DNA from: Gemmataceae bacterium
GTDB lineage: Bacteria > Planctomycetota > Planctomycetia > Gemmatales > Gemmataceae
Length of the DNA stretch: 45,600 nucleotides
Assembly: GCA_035656475.1 (NCBI GenBank)
Contig: DASRSQ010000355.1
Span: 1 to 45,600, forward strand
Direction of reading: 5' to 3'
Positions 44,640-45,600 of this stretch are shown piece after piece. A model generated the notes under the pieces. That model saw nothing but the letters and a program-made list of their open reading frames with translations. It was not told where the DNA came from and ran no database searches. The position numbers were made by a program, and so were the translations under genes. Each line of letters begins with the position of its first letter. Position 1 is the first letter of the stretch.

Positions 44640-44832
44640 TTCCGGCCTGAAGGGCCGGTTCTGTCAGCCCAGGCCGCAGGCCTGGGAAACGAGGCCTTGA
44701 TTGACTTGGCCCTGAAAGGGCCGTTCGACCGTCTCGATCGCGAATGTACGAGCCCTTCAGGCTCGAACGTTGGAATGCTGGCTTTCCCAGGCCTTTGGCC
44801 TGGGCTGACAGAACCGGCCCTTCAGGCCGGAA
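44640..44832. repeat. 193-bp palindromic element with perfect 36-bp inverted termini and six mirrored sub-hairpins (REP/MITE-like)
   Basis: 44640-44675 is the exact reverse complement of 44797-44832; I checked this base by base. Internal hairpins are at 44642-44658, 44668-44686, 44708-44722, 44749-44765, 44786-44804 and 44814-44830. Confidence 0.85.
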
Positions 44833-44872
44833 GACATCTAAGTTATTGGCTCGGCCCACCTGAAAGAACCTT

Positions 44873-45600
44873 ATGCGACGAATCAGCTTCATCCTGGCCC
44901 TCTTCCTTCCAACGGTCGCGTACGGCCAACCCAACGACTACCTCCGCAGCAATCCGACATTCCTCAACGCATTCCGCGAAGTCGTCCAACCCGCGGCGCG
45001 TTCGACGGTGCGCGTCACCTGCAATGGCAAGGACACCTGCCTGGGCGTCGTTGTCGGGGCCGACGGCTGGATTCTGACCAAGGCGCACGATCTGACCGGC
45101 AACATCCAGTGCAAGCTCAGTGATGGCCGCTTGCTCGAGGCCCGCCTCATCGGCGTTCACGAACCGAACGATCTCGCGATCTTGCGCATTAGCACCGCCC
45201 AGCTGACGCCGATCAAGTTCGCCAGCAGCAAGAACGTGAAGGCCGGCAGCTGGGTCGCGTCGGTCGGTGTCGGCGCCGAACCTGCCGCTGTCGGCATCGT
45301 CAGCGTCGCCACGCGCAAGGTCAACGAGGCCTACCTCGGCATTCAGGTCGATGACACGTCGAGCGGCCTGCTCGTGATCGCAATCATGAAAAAGTCCGCG
45401 GCCCTCAAGGCCGGCCTTCGGCCGCAGGATCATCTGCTCTACCTCAACGGCCAGCGCATCGCCAGCGGCGATCATCTGATGCAGATCCTTGCCGAGCGCC
45501 GCCCCGGCGATACGATCACGCTGACGGTGCGCCGTGGCAACGATGAGCACGACATCAAGCTGACCCTGCAAAGCCGCGAAGAGACCGGCGACTATCGCTC
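44873..45600 (+). CDS. HtrA-like paralogue (partial, runs off the window): half protease domain plus PDZ, no catalytic-Ser segment seen
   Basis: My own translation from ATG 44873 is open to the window end. Signal peptide MRRISFILALFLPTVAYG. His context WILTKAHD and Asp context NDLAILRI are present. After VGIVSVATRK it goes straight into a PDZ domain (AYLGIQVDD...KAGLRPQDHLLYLNGQRI). It is not in the ORF track because it has no stop. Confidence 0.7.
   Translation, partial: MRRISFILALFLPTVAYGQPNDYLRSNPTFLNAFREVVQPAARSTVRVTCNGKDTCLGVVVGADGWILTKAHDLTGNIQCKLSDGRLLEARLIGVHEPNDLAILRISTAQLTPIKFASSKNVKAGSWVASVGVGAEPAAVGIVSVATRKVNEAYLGIQVDDTSSGLLVIAIMKKSAALKAGLRPQDHLLYLNGQRIASGDHLMQILAERRPGDTITLTVRRGNDEHDIKLTLQSREETGDYR

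Noticed and set aside
44632-45077. ORFs of 100 aa (-) and 147 aa (+) spanning the palindromic element.
   Set aside because: They exist only because the palindrome lacks stop codons on both strands. The mirrored peptides (PEGPVLSAQA.GLG) are a translation artefact of the inverted repeat.
1-45600. Search by eye for tRNA/rRNA signatures (GTTCGAATC-type T-arms), CRISPR-like regularly spaced repeats, integrase/transposase genes, toxin-antitoxin pairs and known defence-system enzymes.
   Set aside because: I found none. The window looks like core or accessory metabolic and signalling chromosome rather than a mobile or defence island.

Overview
This is a GC-rich 45.6-kb chromosomal window. Its gene content suggests Planctomycetota: a Big_2/PSCyt/DUF1549/DUF1553 protein, an SGNH-esterase/DUF1080 fusion, a large beta-propeller with CxxCH haem motifs, a pentahaem cytochrome, PQQ-like propellers and a giant CheB-CheR-PAS histidine kinase. 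The taxon call is inference from gene families only. I support about 36 protein-coding genes. I saw no rRNA, tRNA, CRISPR array or intact mobile element. All domain calls come from reading the translations and recognising motifs; no searches were run, and start codons are my best choice within the supplied ORFs. Many long ORFs in the track are antisense shadows typical of high-GC DNA and are rejected. The main leads are:

1. At 21387-22094 (-), a clear CsrA RNA-binding domain is fused to a complete phospho-receiver domain. It sits beside a hybrid kinase and a stand-alone receiver, and its own leader has the GGA layout of a CsrA target.
2. At 14297-14860 (+), a peroxiredoxin-like gene is interrupted only by a TGA that falls on the first Cys of the redox CxxC. 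A GGUC-loop hairpin lies 17 nt downstream. This is a candidate selenoprotein that the ORF track truncates.
3. A CarH/LitR-like HTH plus B12-binding-domain regulator has the Wx9EH motif but Tyr in place of the His ligand. It is divergent from a tightly packed lipid-modification operon (FAD oxidoreductase, DUF1365, CFA-synthase-like, DUF1475, CFA-synthase-like, DUF1295, PQQ propeller).
4. A 193-bp element with perfect 36-bp inverted termini and six mirrored sub-hairpins lies between two HtrA-like paralogues.
5. A consensus sigma-54 promoter, upstream palindromes and a Shine-Dalgarno-sequestering U-rich hairpin precede hsp20.
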